DNA of 46,216 bases, taken from NCBI GenBank assembly GCA_052031325.1, contig JBPEXS010000256.1:1-46216 (forward strand), in the 5' to 3' direction. The stretch comes from Thalassolituus sp. (GTDB taxonomy: Bacteria > Pseudomonadota > Gammaproteobacteria > Pseudomonadales > Oceanobacteraceae). Of the stretch, positions 28,992 through 39,043 are shown piece by piece. The notes beneath the pieces are model-generated. The model saw only the letters and a list, made by a program, of their open reading frames with translations. It was not told the DNA's origin and did not search any database. Made by a program: the position numbers and the translations under genes. Each line of letters starts with the position of its first letter. Within the stretch, counting starts at the first letter, position 1.

Positions 28992-30401
28992 TCAGCTGCG
29001 AGGAGCGATAAAGCGGCTTTCTTCGCGGGTGACTTCTTCGCCACTGGCGGCGTCGGTAATGACGAACTCAATATCGGTCTTGCTGTCCTGGGTTTTGGTC
29101 ACCGCAGGGTCGATTTCAAGAGTGAGCGTCACTTCTTTCAGCTGGTTCACGTCCAGTGCCCAGTCGGTTTTGCCGTTGATCTGCAGTCCATCCAGGCCTT
29201 CGACACTGATGGTGTATTCATGCGGATCATTCGACATGTTCATCAGCTTCAGGGTGTAGGCATTGGTGATGGTGTCGTTGACGGTCACCCGGTACAGCTG
29301 GCCGCGGTCACGTTCGATGTCCAGTTCAAACGGTGTGCGGCTGATTACGGCGTAGGCCAGCAGACCCATCATGGCAATCAGAGCGAACGAGTAACCAAAG
29401 AAGCGCGGACGGAAAACGTGCAGCTTACCACCGGCCAGTTCGTTTTCACTGGTGTAGCGGATCAGGCCTTTCGGTTTATCGAGTTTTTCCATGATGGAGT
29501 CACAGGCATCGACACACAGGGCGCAACCGATGCACTGGTACTGCAGACCATCACGGATATCAATGCCGGTAGGGCAGACCTGAACACACAATGAACAGTC
29601 CACGCAGTCGCCTTTCTCCTCGGTTGCCGCTGCTTTCTTGCTGCGCTTGCCCCGTGGTTCACCGCGGGTCGCGTCATAAGACACGGCCAGGGTATCTGAG
29701 TCGTACATGACCGACTGAAAACGCGCATAAGGGCACATATAGATACAGACCTGCTCACGCATCCAGCCTGCGTTGACATAGGTGGCAACCGTAAAGAAGC
29801 CCATCCAGAAAATGGCCCATCCATTGATATCCGCCAGGGTCAACAGGTCAGGCACAAGCTCGCGGATAGGTGAGAAGTAGCCTACAAAGGTCAGGCCGGT
29901 CCAGAAGGCGATAAACAACCAGACAATGTGCTTGAACGCCTTTTTCCGAAACTTTGTCGCACTCATGGGCTCTTTATCGAGCTTCATACGTTGCGTGCGG
30001 CTGCCTTCAATTTTTTCTTCTACCCACATGTAGATAAAGGACCAGGCAGACTGTGGGCAGGTATAGCCACACCAGATACGACCGGCGAGGTTGGTGATGG
30101 TGAACAGGCCAAAGGCGCAGATGATCAGTGTCCATGACAGCAGCACAAAGTCCTGCGGCCAGAAGGTAATGCCAAACAGATGGAACTGGCGCGCCGGCAG
30201 GTCAAAGTACACCAGTTGCTGGCCATCTATGTTGACCCAGGCAACGCCAAAATAGGCGAGCATCAGCGCCCAGAGTGTCCAGGTCCGGACTTTCTGAAAC
30301 AGGCCATGAATTTCGCGGACGTAGATTTTTTCGCGTTTTTTATAGAGTGGAACGGAGTCGTGTTGTTCGGGTGTCACATCTGTGGCGGGTATCTTGTTCA
30401 T
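28992..30401 (-). CDS. ccoG: cbb3 accessory 4Fe-4S protein CcoG/FixG
   Basis: GRIWCGYTCPQ, CIYMCPY, CVDCSLCVQVCP, CIGCALCVDAC. Confidence 0.97.
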   Translation of the reverse strand: MNKIPATDVTPEQHDSVPLYKKREKIYVREIHGLFQKVRTWTLWALMLAYFGVAWVNIDGQQLVYFDLPARQFHLFGITFWPQDFVLLSWTLIICAFGLFTITNLAGRIWCGYTCPQSAWSFIYMWVEEKIEGSRTQRMKLDKEPMSATKFRKKAFKHIVWLFIAFWTGLTFVGYFSPIRELVPDLLTLADINGWAIFWMGFFTVATYVNAGWMREQVCIYMCPYARFQSVMYDSDTLAVSYDATRGEPRGKRSKKAAATEEKGDCVDCSLCVQVCPTGIDIRDGLQYQCIGCALCVDACDSIMEKLDKPKGLIRYTSENELAGGKLHVFRPRFFGYSFALIAMMGLLAYAVISRTPFELDIERDRGQLYRVTVNDTITNAYTLKLMNMSNDPHEYTISVEGLDGLQINGKTDWALDVNQLKEVTLTLEIDPAVTKTQDSKTDIEFVITDAASGEEVTREESRFIAPRS

Positions 30402-30469
30402 GAGTCTCTCACCTCACCTCTGAAACGGTTACCAGGTCATTATATCGTTTCTTTCTTATATTCGAAGCC

Positions 30470-30497
30470 AAAAAAAAGCGGCATCATTGTGCCGCTT
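30470..30497 (-). terminator. Intrinsic terminator after ccoP
   Basis: Minus strand AAGCGGCA-CAATGA-TGCCGCTT then a T-run; a second hairpin lies at 30528-30553. Confidence 0.8.
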
Positions 30498-30509
30498 GAT
30501 AATTATCAA
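30496..30509. promoter_or_regulatory. FNR/Anr box upstream of ccoG
   Basis: Perfect TTGAT-AATT-ATCAA; minus-strand TATAAT at 30444-30439. Confidence 0.85.
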
Positions 30510-30558
30510 TGTCCACCGCAGTGAACAGGGAGAGTGGGGTAAGCCACTCTCCCGGATC

Positions 30559-31470
30559 TCATTTCTGAGACAGAGAGTAGATATAGGCTGCCAGGACGTG
30601 AACCTTGTCTTCACCCAGAATGTCTTTCTGAGCAGGCATCTTACCGGCACGACCGTTACGCAGAGTGAACTGGATCTGCTGGGTCGAACCACCGTACAGC
30701 CAGATATCATCGGTCAGGTTAGGAGCACCCACCAACTGGTTACCTTTGCCGTCTGAACCGTGGCAGACCACGCAGTTCTGCGTGTAAGCCGGAGCTGCTT
30801 TGGCAGCCATGTCAGCATCGTGTTTCAGACCAGACAGGCTGCGAACATACTGAGTCATGTTGGCAATACCTTCATCACCCAGAACCGCCTGCCAGGCTGG
30901 CATAGCACCCTGACGACCGTAGAGCAGAGTCTCTTTGATCTTCTCAGGTGAGCCACCGTAGAGCCAGTCATCATCGGTCAGGTTCGGGAAGCCCATGGCG
31001 CCCATGGCACTGGTGCCGTGGCACACTGAGCAGTTGCTTTTGAACAGACGCTGACCGGTCTGTAGGGCTTCTTCGTTCTTAGCCAGCTCAGCAACAGGTG
31101 TTGCCAGGTAACCGTCGAACAACGGAGCCAGTTTGGCGTCGTACGCCTGAACTTCAGCAGCCCACTGGTTGGTAGAGGTCCAGGTTACGTCTTCGCCGTC
31201 AACTTTCACGGTCAGCAGACCATTGAAGTTACCCAGGCCGTAGAGGCCAACGTAGCCAAAACCGAATACGATGGTGGCCCAGAACATCCATACCCACCAG
31301 CGTGGCAGTGGGTTGTCGTACTCTTCAATACCGTCATAAGAATGACCGGTGGTCTGAGTGGTTTCTTCTTTGCGGTGGCCGCGCATGCTGTAAATGATCA
31401 GGATGCCACAGCCGATCATGGAGCCAAAAACAATGGCCATGATCCAGACTTGCCAGAATGTACTTAACAT
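30559..31470 (-). CDS. ccoP: cbb3 oxidase subunit III (diheme c)
   Basis: GHSYDGIEEYDNPLPRWW; CSVCH and CVVCH. Confidence 0.98.
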   Translation of the reverse strand: MLSTFWQVWIMAIVFGSMIGCGILIIYSMRGHRKEETTQTTGHSYDGIEEYDNPLPRWWVWMFWATIVFGFGYVGLYGLGNFNGLLTVKVDGEDVTWTSTNQWAAEVQAYDAKLAPLFDGYLATPVAELAKNEEALQTGQRLFKSNCSVCHGTSAMGAMGFPNLTDDDWLYGGSPEKIKETLLYGRQGAMPAWQAVLGDEGIANMTQYVRSLSGLKHDADMAAKAAPAYTQNCVVCHGSDGKGNQLVGAPNLTDDIWLYGGSTQQIQFTLRNGRAGKMPAQKDILGEDKVHVLAAYIYSLSQK

Positions 31471-31472
31471 AT

Positions 31473-31649
31473 TTATTTACTCCGCTTGTTATCGCTGTCT
31501 GCGGGCATTTCTTCGTTTTCGCCAAAAGGTATCTTCGCGTCTTCTTCAAAGCGCTTACGGCGGCTGGAGCCGTAAGCCCACCAGGTGATTCCGGAAAACG
31601 CGATCAGGGCAAAAACAGAGCCGAGTCCACGGACGTCGTTAATATCCAT
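31473..31649 (-). CDS. ccoQ: cbb3 oxidase subunit CcoQ
   Basis: Start moved to ATG 31649: MDINDVRG..F.GI.WWAY...RKRFEEDAKIPF. Confidence 0.92.
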   Translation of the reverse strand: MDINDVRGLGSVFALIAFSGITWWAYGSSRRKRFEEDAKIPFGENEEMPADSDNKRSK

Positions 31650-31653
31650 TGTC

Positions 31654-32262
31654 TTAGCGCTTGGTGACGACGGTGCCCAGATGCTGCAGATAAGCAACCA
31701 GAGCTTCGATTTCAGTCACACCATCAACCGCTTCTTTTGCACCTTCGATGTCTTCATCGGTGTACGGTACGCCGACCATACGCAGAGCTTCCATCTTGTT
31801 CGGTGTCAGACGGCCATCGACTTTGTTTTCGAACAGCCATGGGTAGGACGGCATAACAGACTCAGGAACAACATCACGTGGGTTGTACAGGTGAGCGCGG
31901 TGCCATTCATCGGAATAGCGACCACCCAGACGTGCCAGGTCAGGACCGGTACGCTTGGAACCCCACAGGAACGGGTGCTCATAAACGTGTTCACCGGCAA
32001 CGGTGTAAGGGCCGTAACGCTCAGTCTCGGCGCGGAACGGACGAACCATCTGGGTGTGACATACGTGGCAACCTTCACGGATGTAGATATCACGGCCTTC
32101 CAGCTGGATTGCGGTGTAAGGCTCCAGGCCTTCCACCGGCTTGTTGGTGTCCTTGTGCCAGAACAGCGGCACAATTTCCACCATGCCGGCCCAGCTCAGG
32201 GCGATGACGATCATAACGATCATCAGCGGCAGGTTTCTTTCAATAGTATCGTGCTTAATCAT
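31654..32262 (-). CDS. ccoO: cbb3 oxidase subunit II
   Basis: [26 protein letters not shown]. Confidence 0.98.
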   Translation of the reverse strand: MIKHDTIERNLPLMIVMIVIALSWAGMVEIVPLFWHKDTNKPVEGLEPYTAIQLEGRDIYIREGCHVCHTQMVRPFRAETERYGPYTVAGEHVYEHPFLWGSKRTGPDLARLGGRYSDEWHRAHLYNPRDVVPESVMPSYPWLFENKVDGRLTPNKMEALRMVGVPYTDEDIEGAKEAVDGVTEIEALVAYLQHLGTVVTKR

Positions 32263-32274
32263 TTGTAATTCCCC

Positions 32275-33705
32275 TTAAGCCTGTGCCGCAACCATGCCCG
32301 CTTCTTTGTTCGCTTCGCGGGTAGTCATGTAAACGTTGAACAGCATAATCAGCATACCGGTCAGGAACAGTGCACCACCGATGGCACGGACCACGTAACC
32401 GTAGTGAGATGCTTCAACGGACTCAACAAAGCTGTAGGTCAGAGTGCCGTCAGCGTTTACAGCACGCCACATCAGACCCTGCATGATGCCGTTCACCCAC
32501 ATAGAAGCGATGTACAGAACAGTACCGATGGTCGCCAGCCAGAAGTGAACGTTAATCAGACCAGTGGAGTACATCTGACCGGCTTTGCGGCCGTACATGA
32601 TCGGAATCAGGTGGTACAGAGCACCAATGGATACCATAGCAACCCAGCCCAGAGCACCGGAGTGAACGTGACCAATGGTCCAGTCAGTGTTGTGTGACAG
32701 AGCGTTAACCGTCTTGATAGACATCATCGGGCCTTCGAAGGTAGACATACCGTAGAAAGACAGAGATACAACCAGGAAGCGCAGGATCGGGTCAGTACGC
32801 AGTTTGTGCCATGCGCCTGACAGCGTCATCATACCGTTGATCATACCGCCCCAGCTTGGCGCCAGCAGAATCAGAGACATGATCATACCGGAAGTCTGAG
32901 CCCAGTCTGGCAGAGCAGAGTAGTGCAGGTGGTGAGCACCGGCCCACACATAGATAGAGATCAGAGCCCAGAAGTGCACGATGGACAGACGGTAAGAGTA
33001 AACCGGACGGCCAGCCTGCTTAGGAACGAAGTAGTACATGATGCCGAGGAAGCCCGCCGTCAGGAAGAAACCTACCGCGTTGTGACCCCACCACCACTGA
33101 ATCATGGCATCAATGGTGCCCGGCCAGATGGAGTAAGACTTGGTCAGAGAGACCGGAACTGAAAGGTTGTTACCCACGTACAGGATAGCGATCATGATCA
33201 TGAAGGCTGCGAAGAACCAGTTGGCAACATAGATGTGGCTTTCTTTACGGATAGCCACCGTACCGAGGAAGTTCACAACATAAGCGACCCAGACCAGAGT
33301 GACGAGAATATCGATCGGCCATTCCAGCTCGGCGTATTCCTTGGTTGAGGTCAGACCCATTGGCAGAGTAATCGCCGCTGCGACGATAACGGCCTGCCAG
33401 CCCCAGAAGGTAAACGACGCCAGAGTATCTGAAAACAGACGGGTACGGCCCGTTCGCTGAACGATGTAGTAAGAGGTCGCAAACAGGGCGCAGCCACCGA
33501 ATGCAAAAATCACCGCGTTGGTATGCAACGGACGCAGGCGGCCGAAGGATAACCAGGGTGTGTCAAAGTTCAGTTGAGGCCAAGCCAGCTGAGCAGCAAT
33601 GAAAACGCCCATTGCCATGCCAACAACGCCCCAGACAACTGTCATGATGGCAAATTGTCTTACCACCTTATAGTTGTACTCTGGATGGTCAAATGATGTG
33701 CTCAT
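32275..33705 (-). CDS. ccoN: cbb3 oxidase subunit I
   Basis: [32 protein letters not shown]. Confidence 0.99.
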   Translation of the reverse strand: MSTSFDHPEYNYKVVRQFAIMTVVWGVVGMAMGVFIAAQLAWPQLNFDTPWLSFGRLRPLHTNAVIFAFGGCALFATSYYIVQRTGRTRLFSDTLASFTFWGWQAVIVAAAITLPMGLTSTKEYAELEWPIDILVTLVWVAYVVNFLGTVAIRKESHIYVANWFFAAFMIMIAILYVGNNLSVPVSLTKSYSIWPGTIDAMIQWWWGHNAVGFFLTAGFLGIMYYFVPKQAGRPVYSYRLSIVHFWALISIYVWAGAHHLHYSALPDWAQTSGMIMSLILLAPSWGGMINGMMTLSGAWHKLRTDPILRFLVVSLSFYGMSTFEGPMMSIKTVNALSHNTDWTIGHVHSGALGWVAMVSIGALYHLIPIMYGRKAGQMYSTGLINVHFWLATIGTVLYIASMWVNGIMQGLMWRAVNADGTLTYSFVESVEASHYGYVVRAIGGALFLTGMLIMLFNVYMTTREANKEAGMVAAQA

Positions 33706-33799
33706 GATCTGATTCCACGGTTGGAGAATGTTTAGAAAGGTAAAAGCGGCGCAATTATGGTCTCAGACGCCCGCTTTTGCAAACTAACCCTATCATAAC

Positions 33800-33867
33800 T
33801 GCCGTCTGATCAAAGTGTTTGCGCTGCTGTGCAAGTTCACATTTCAGCAAGAATTGACACATGTCAT
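33800..33867. promoter_or_regulatory. Two FNR/Anr-like sites upstream of ccoN
   Basis: Minus-strand TTGAT-CAGA-CGGCA (33813-33800, one perfect half) and TTGAC-ACAT-GTCAT (33854-33867). Confidence 0.5.
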
Positions 33868-33948
33868 GGAACTTTGCCGAAAACGCTTAAATCACGTGCT
33901 CTGGTTCAATAAAATACCCATTCAATTTTCTTCAGACAGATACGTATT

Positions 33949-34578
33949 TTGTCCAGTAACACTTTCGACACAGGTAACCCTTCAGATCCAGTTTTTATAA
34001 TGGCCCACGGCGCGGGTGCTGACGCTTCCAGTGACTTTATGCAGAGCATGTCAGAACGGATTGCCGCGCAGGGTATTTATGTTGTGCGCTTTAATTTCCC
34101 CTACATGATCAAACGTCAGGAAGATGGCAAACGTCGTCCCCCGGATCGTTTACCCAAACTGCTGGATGCCTTCCAGGAAGTGATTACCCAGCTTAATCGC
34201 CCCTGTGTAATTGGAGGAAAAAGCATGGGTGGCCGGGTTGCGTCGGTGTTGTCTCAGTCAGAAGACCGTTCTGAATTGATTAAGGGTTGTGTCTGTCTGG
34301 GCTATCCGTTTCACCCTCCGGGTAAACCTGAGTCACTACGGACAGAACATCTGCAGTCACTGGAGGTGCCAGTGCTCATGGTGCAGGGCACACGGGATGC
34401 CATGGGCACTCAGGAAGAGGTCGGTGGGATGACGCTGGATAAAGCTCTGGAGTTTGTCTGGCTGGAGGATGGCAATCATGACCTGAAGCCGCGGAAGGTT
34501 TCGGGCTTCAGTCACGAAGATCATCTGGATACCGCAGCAGCGGCGGTAGCGGAGTTTGTACGCAGTTACGCAGAGTAG
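33949..34578 (+). CDS. Alpha/beta hydrolase (KANL3/Tex30-like)
   Basis: HGAGA, GKSMGG nucleophile elbow, LGYPFHPPGK, QGTRD, DGNH. Confidence 0.9.
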   Translation: MSSNTFDTGNPSDPVFIMAHGAGADASSDFMQSMSERIAAQGIYVVRFNFPYMIKRQEDGKRRPPDRLPKLLDAFQEVITQLNRPCVIGGKSMGGRVASVLSQSEDRSELIKGCVCLGYPFHPPGKPESLRTEHLQSLEVPVLMVQGTRDAMGTQEEVGGMTLDKALEFVWLEDGNHDLKPRKVSGFSHEDHLDTAAAAVAEFVRSYAE

Positions 34579-34860
34579 TTATGCCGTAAGAACGGTCACT
34601 TTCTCCGGATGACGCAAGGTAGCACGAACGGCAGACACCACATCGTCACGCTGGCTGGATTTTGACCAGGTCTGCCAGTCATCCAAGCTCTGCCAGTTGG
34701 TAATAATAAAACGTCGGTTGGCGTTTTCCGCATCTTTATACGTTGCACCTGAGGTGTAACCTTTGGCTTCAAGAATCGCTCTGAGCGTGTTTTTGATAGC
34801 ATTTTCGTAGGTTGATTCCATGCCACTATCAATCTCACGTTCAATGATTACTTTGATCAT
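34579..34860 (-). CDS. ABM (antibiotic biosynthesis monooxygenase)-like protein
   Basis: 93 aa; MIKVIIER, GY.SG, W.S.DDW..W..S..R pattern. Confidence 0.8.
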   Translation of the reverse strand: MIKVIIEREIDSGMESTYENAIKNTLRAILEAKGYTSGATYKDAENANRRFIITNWQSLDDWQTWSKSSQRDDVVSAVRATLRHPEKVTVLTA

Positions 34861-34977
34861 GCATCTCCGTCCTTCATCATCGGTTTACAGTTCGTCTTAA
34901 GAGTATGGTCGTAATCCATAAGGCGGGCCAGATAATATAGACATGAATTTTCTGACTCAACGGGAATCCTGAATACC

Positions 34978-35937
34978 ATGCAGGCAAGTGACCTCGTACA
35001 GCAGTTGCACCGGCTTCTGAAACAACAACCCGAAGGGTTAAACCAGATCAGTCTGATGACCGGGCTGAGTACTTCCCCGGACCGGTTGCAGCAGGCGCTG
35101 GCCCAGCTTAAAGACGAGTACGGAGCTCCTGTCGAATTCGACAGTGAGCAGCGGCTCTGGCGTTACCGGCCTGATGGAACAGACTTTGAATTACCGGGCC
35201 TGTCACTGACGGCTGGTGAGCTGCGAAGCCTGATCACCGTGATCACGCTGCTGGATGATCTGAATGACGGCATTTCTGCCGATGTACTGGGAGATTCCGC
35301 CCGTCAGATTGAGGCAATGATGCGTTCGCACGGGCTCAATCCGGCGGACATGAAACGCCGGGTACGGATTCTCAGTGCCAGTCAGTCGAAAGTGAATAAC
35401 CGCATCTACCGTCAGGTCAGTGATGCGTTGTTCAGCCGTCAGCGGATTGATATCCGATATGTCGCCCGGGATCAGAGCATCAGCGAGCGCACGGTCTCAC
35501 CACAGACTTTGGTTTATTACCGCGATCACTGGTACCTGGATGCCTGGTGCCATCGCCGCCAGCAGATGCGTACTTTTATGCTCAGCCGCATCAGTAGCGC
35601 AGTCGTCTTGTCCGAGGCGGCTGAAGAGTTTGCCGATGAGCTGCTCGAGCATCATTTTCACAACAGTTATGGCATTTTCTCCGGCGAAGAGACGGAAAAA
35701 GCTGAAATCATCTTTCTGCCCGGTGCGGCCCACCTGGTTGCCCAGTTACGCTGGCACCCGGACGCTGAAGGACACTGGGATGGCGATCAGTACCATCTGA
35801 CGTTGCCGTTCAACGACAGCCGGGAGTTACTGCGTGATCTTTTGTCATATGCGCCGGATGTGGTGATAAAAGCGCCGGAATCTCTGCGTGCCGCTTACCG
35901 CAAGCGACTTCAGGATGGCCTGACCCGGAATCTCTGA
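34978..35937 (+). CDS. HTH-WYL-WCX transcriptional regulator (PafB/C, DriD-like)
   Basis: N-terminal HTH-like region; SERTVSPQTL..Y...WYLDAWC..R...RTF..SRI; WCX-like tail P..LR. Confidence 0.9.
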   Translation: MQASDLVQQLHRLLKQQPEGLNQISLMTGLSTSPDRLQQALAQLKDEYGAPVEFDSEQRLWRYRPDGTDFELPGLSLTAGELRSLITVITLLDDLNDGISADVLGDSARQIEAMMRSHGLNPADMKRRVRILSASQSKVNNRIYRQVSDALFSRQRIDIRYVARDQSISERTVSPQTLVYYRDHWYLDAWCHRRQQMRTFMLSRISSAVVLSEAAEEFADELLEHHFHNSYGIFSGEETEKAEIIFLPGAAHLVAQLRWHPDAEGHWDGDQYHLTLPFNDSRELLRDLLSYAPDVVIKAPESLRAAYRKRLQDGLTRNL

Positions 35938-36003
35938 GTCTTTATTCCGAACAATACACCTTAACTCAGTGTCACAGCAGGGTATCACGGAAAGGAAAGC
36001 ATC

Positions 36004-36702
36004 ATGGGGCAGCATGTACTGATTGCCGGTAGTGGCAGCACGGTGGGGCAGGCGTTAATCAGGAGTCTTCAGGCCCAGGGCTATAAAGTGTTTACCCTGA
36101 GTCGTCAGTCCGACACCTCACCCGCTCATCTCTGTGCTGATCTCAATGACGAGTCCTGCCTTGAGCAGGTGAGTGCATTTTTGCAAGAGATTCAGCCGCA
36201 GGTGATTTTCTGCTGCACAGGCCTGTTGCACGATGCAGACAGGCAACCGGAAAAAGCACTGAGACAGATGTCGGATGCCTGGTTGCAGCAGAACCTCAGT
36301 GTGAATCTGTTATGCCACATCCATCTGGCCCGGGCGGCCGACACTCTGATAAGCCGCAGGCATCCGATACGCTGGATTTCACTCTCTGCCATGGTCGGCA
36401 GCATTGAAGATAACCACCTCGGTGGCTGGTTCAGCTACCGCATCAGCAAAGCTGCACTGAATATGTTTATCCGCACCTTGTCGATTGAGTGGCAGCGGCG
36501 CTCGCCGCAGTCCGTGGTGGTGGCTCAGCACCCGGGCACAACGGATTCACCACTGACGGGTCCATTTCAGGAAGGAATAGAAGAGGGGAAGCTGTACACG
36601 CCCGCTCAGACTGCTGAGCGTTTAATTGCGGTCATGTCGTCATTAACGGCGGAAGATAACGGCCATCTGCTGCACTGGGATGGCAGCAGATTACCATTCT
36701 GA
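36004..36702 (+). CDS. SDR oxidoreductase (C-factor/CsgA-like)
   Basis: GSGSTVG, VGSIEDNHLGGWFSYRISKAALN, HPGTTD. Confidence 0.9.
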   Translation: MGQHVLIAGSGSTVGQALIRSLQAQGYKVFTLSRQSDTSPAHLCADLNDESCLEQVSAFLQEIQPQVIFCCTGLLHDADRQPEKALRQMSDAWLQQNLSVNLLCHIHLARAADTLISRRHPIRWISLSAMVGSIEDNHLGGWFSYRISKAALNMFIRTLSIEWQRRSPQSVVVAQHPGTTDSPLTGPFQEGIEEGKLYTPAQTAERLIAVMSSLTAEDNGHLLHWDGSRLPF

Positions 36703-36721
36703 CAGACGGCAGGCTCTGTGA

Positions 36722-37195
36722 TCAGAGACCGTCGAGTACGGCCAGCAGGTCGTCGTGGTGAGTTTTGGTTTTTACTTTGGCCATCACGTGCGCCAGCTTA
36801 CCCTCTTCATCAATGATGAAGGTCACACGATGAACGCCCATAAATTCGCGGCCCATAAACTTCTTCATTGCCCACACGCCATACAGCTCGGCAATGGCGT
36901 GGTCTTCATCGGATAACATGTCGAAATTCAGTTCGTCGCGGTCAATGAACTTCTGCAGGCGCTTTGGTGCATCCGGGCTGAGACCAAAGACTTTGACGTT
37001 ACGCTTTTTCAGCTCGGCTTCTGTGTCACGCAGACCGCAGGCCTGAACGGTACAGCCCGGTGTCATCGCTTTCGGATAAAAATACAGCACCACTTTCTGG
37101 CCCTTAAGGCTGCTCAGTGTCACTTCTTCTTCGCGTTGGTTCAGGGTGGTGAAGTCTGGAGCAGCTTCGCCGATGGCAGGAAAATTCAGGGCCAT
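36722..37195 (-). CDS. bcp: Thioredoxin-dependent thiol peroxidase Bcp
   Basis: YFYPKAMTPGCTVQAC. Confidence 0.96.
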   Translation of the reverse strand: MALNFPAIGEAAPDFTTLNQREEEVTLSSLKGQKVVLYFYPKAMTPGCTVQACGLRDTEAELKKRNVKVFGLSPDAPKRLQKFIDRDELNFDMLSDEDHAIAELYGVWAMKKFMGREFMGVHRVTFIIDEEGKLAHVMAKVKTKTHHDDLLAVLDGL

Positions 37196-37339
37196 AATGT
37201 CCTCTGTATAACGGATGTATAAGTCAGCGCTCAGGCTACCGGATGGCGGCCAGAAATCAAGGTCCGGGTGTGAGAACCCGTCCGGACTGCAGCAATTTTA
37301 TTCCAGAGCTTTGATTGAAGAACGTTTATTGAAGAACTT

Positions 37340-37855
37340 TTATTGAAGAATCAGAGGGCTCACCGGGATGCAGCAGCAGGGCAGGATTTCATCGTCGTCG
37401 ATCCAGGCCATAGGCTCGGTGGTGTAATGCACATCGCCTTCTTTCAGCTTCATACGGCAACTGCCGCAGTAGCCCTCACGGCACTGGTACTCGACATGAA
37501 TATCCTGGGATTCCAGAGATTCGAGCAGACTGCTGGCGTGCTGAAAACGGGCTTCGCGGCCATCCCCGAGGCGTACAGCAAAGACAGGCTTGGCCATGCC
37601 ATCGAATTCAATCTGGGGGGTAGGTTCCGGGCTTTCTGCCAGATAGCCAAACAGATCTCCCTGATCAACGGGTTCAGTCTCTGGCTGAGGTGTTGGATGA
37701 GCAGGTGTACTGGGGGATGGGTCACCCAGATCCATTTCGAGCTGGGTGCTGCCGCCACCAACCAGTTCCATCTCAGCCTGAGCGGCTGAATAGAAGGTTC
37801 TGGAAGGGTACCAGCGGCGGCGTCGGATCAAAGGCATCCGGGCGGACGGCGTCAT
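37340..37855 (-). CDS. yfaE: RNR maintenance 2Fe-2S ferredoxin YfaE with long N-terminal extension
   Basis: YQCREGYCGSCR and ILPCCCIP; directly downstream of nrdB with TGATG overlap; ferredoxin core starts at about aa 87 (37597). Confidence 0.88.
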   Translation of the reverse strand: MTPSARMPLIRRRRWYPSRTFYSAAQAEMELVGGGSTQLEMDLGDPSPSTPAHPTPQPETEPVDQGDLFGYLAESPEPTPQIEFDGMAKPVFAVRLGDGREARFQHASSLLESLESQDIHVEYQCREGYCGSCRMKLKEGDVHYTTEPMAWIDDDEILPCCCIPVSPLILQ

Positions 37856-38985
37856 CAGAGGTCGAAGTCACCGAAGTCAGCGGTGTCCACTTCACTGTCG
37901 ATAGCACCCACCAGGTAAGAGCTGATTTCAGCTTCCTGCGGGGCCACCTGCACGTTATCACTGTTGAGCCAGGCGTTGATCCATGGCAGTGGGTTATTAC
38001 GTGACTCGAAAATTGGGTCAAAGCCAAGGGCACCAATACGTTGGTTGGTAATGTATTCAACGTACTGGCAGAGAATGTCTTTGTTCAGGCCGATCATAGA
38101 GCCGTCTTTGAACAGATATTCGGCCCAGCCTTTTTCCTGTTCAGCGGCTTCGCGGAAGATGGCGATCACATCGTCGCGGCACTCGGCAGCGATTTCGGCA
38201 AACTCGGCATCGTCTTTTCCGGCGGCAATGATCTGCAGCATATGCTGGGTACCGGTCAGGTGCAGGGCCTCATCGCGGGCAATCAGCTTAATGATCTTGG
38301 CGTTGCCTTCCATCTTGGCGCGCTCAGCAAAGGCGAACGAGCAGGCAAAACTGACGTAAAAACGAATGGCTTCGAGTACGTTGACCGAGACCAGTGTCAG
38401 ATACAGGCGGCGCTTGAGCTCACGCAGGGAGACTTCAATGGTTTCACCATTCACAGTGTGCGTACCTTCACCCAGCTGGATGTAGTAGTTACTCAGATTG
38501 ATGAAGTCATCGTAGTAACGGGTCACGGTTTCGGCACGGCGGACGATGTATTCGTTTTTGGTGATGTCGTCAAACACCACAGCCGGGTTCGGAACGATGT
38601 TGCGCACGATGTGGGTGTAAGAACGGCTGTGAATGGTTTCACTGAACGACCAGGTCTCAATCCAGGTTTCCAGCTCTGGAAGGGACACCACCGGCAGCAG
38701 GGCAACGTTGGGTGAGCGACCCTGAACAGAATCCAGCAGCGTCTGGTATTTGAGATTAGAAACGAAGATGTGCTTTTCGTGCTCTGGCAGGTCCATAAAG
38801 TCTTTACGGTCGCTGGCCAGGTCGACTTCTTCCGGGCGCCAGAAGAAGGACAGCTGCTTCTCAATCAGATTCTCAAAAATCTTATGTTTCTGCTGGTCGT
38901 AACGGGCAACATTCACCAGCTCGCCAAAGAACATGGGCTGGCTGAAAGTGTCAAATTCGTTGCGGTTAAAGGTGGTGTAAGCCAT
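37855..38985 (-). CDS. nrdB: Class Ia ribonucleotide reductase beta subunit
   Basis: [16 protein letters not shown] (radical Tyr), [23 protein letters not shown]. Confidence 0.98.
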   Translation of the reverse strand: MAYTTFNRNEFDTFSQPMFFGELVNVARYDQQKHKIFENLIEKQLSFFWRPEEVDLASDRKDFMDLPEHEKHIFVSNLKYQTLLDSVQGRSPNVALLPVVSLPELETWIETWSFSETIHSRSYTHIVRNIVPNPAVVFDDITKNEYIVRRAETVTRYYDDFINLSNYYIQLGEGTHTVNGETIEVSLRELKRRLYLTLVSVNVLEAIRFYVSFACSFAFAERAKMEGNAKIIKLIARDEALHLTGTQHMLQIIAAGKDDAEFAEIAAECRDDVIAIFREAAEQEKGWAEYLFKDGSMIGLNKDILCQYVEYITNQRIGALGFDPIFESRNNPLPWINAWLNSDNVQVAPQEAEISSYLVGAIDSEVDTADFGDFDL

Positions 38986-39043
38986 ACCTGTGTCAGTACT
39001 CTCAAGTCAGGCCGCTTTCGCGGCCGAAGTCACTAGCGTTAAA

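Noticed and set aside
34978-36702. Anti-phage defence island around the WYL gene
   Set aside because: Flanking genes are ordinary metabolic genes with no defence or mobility signatures
37800-37855. Tat signal in the YfaE extension (RRRR)
   Set aside because: No hydrophobic h-region or RRxFLK consensus
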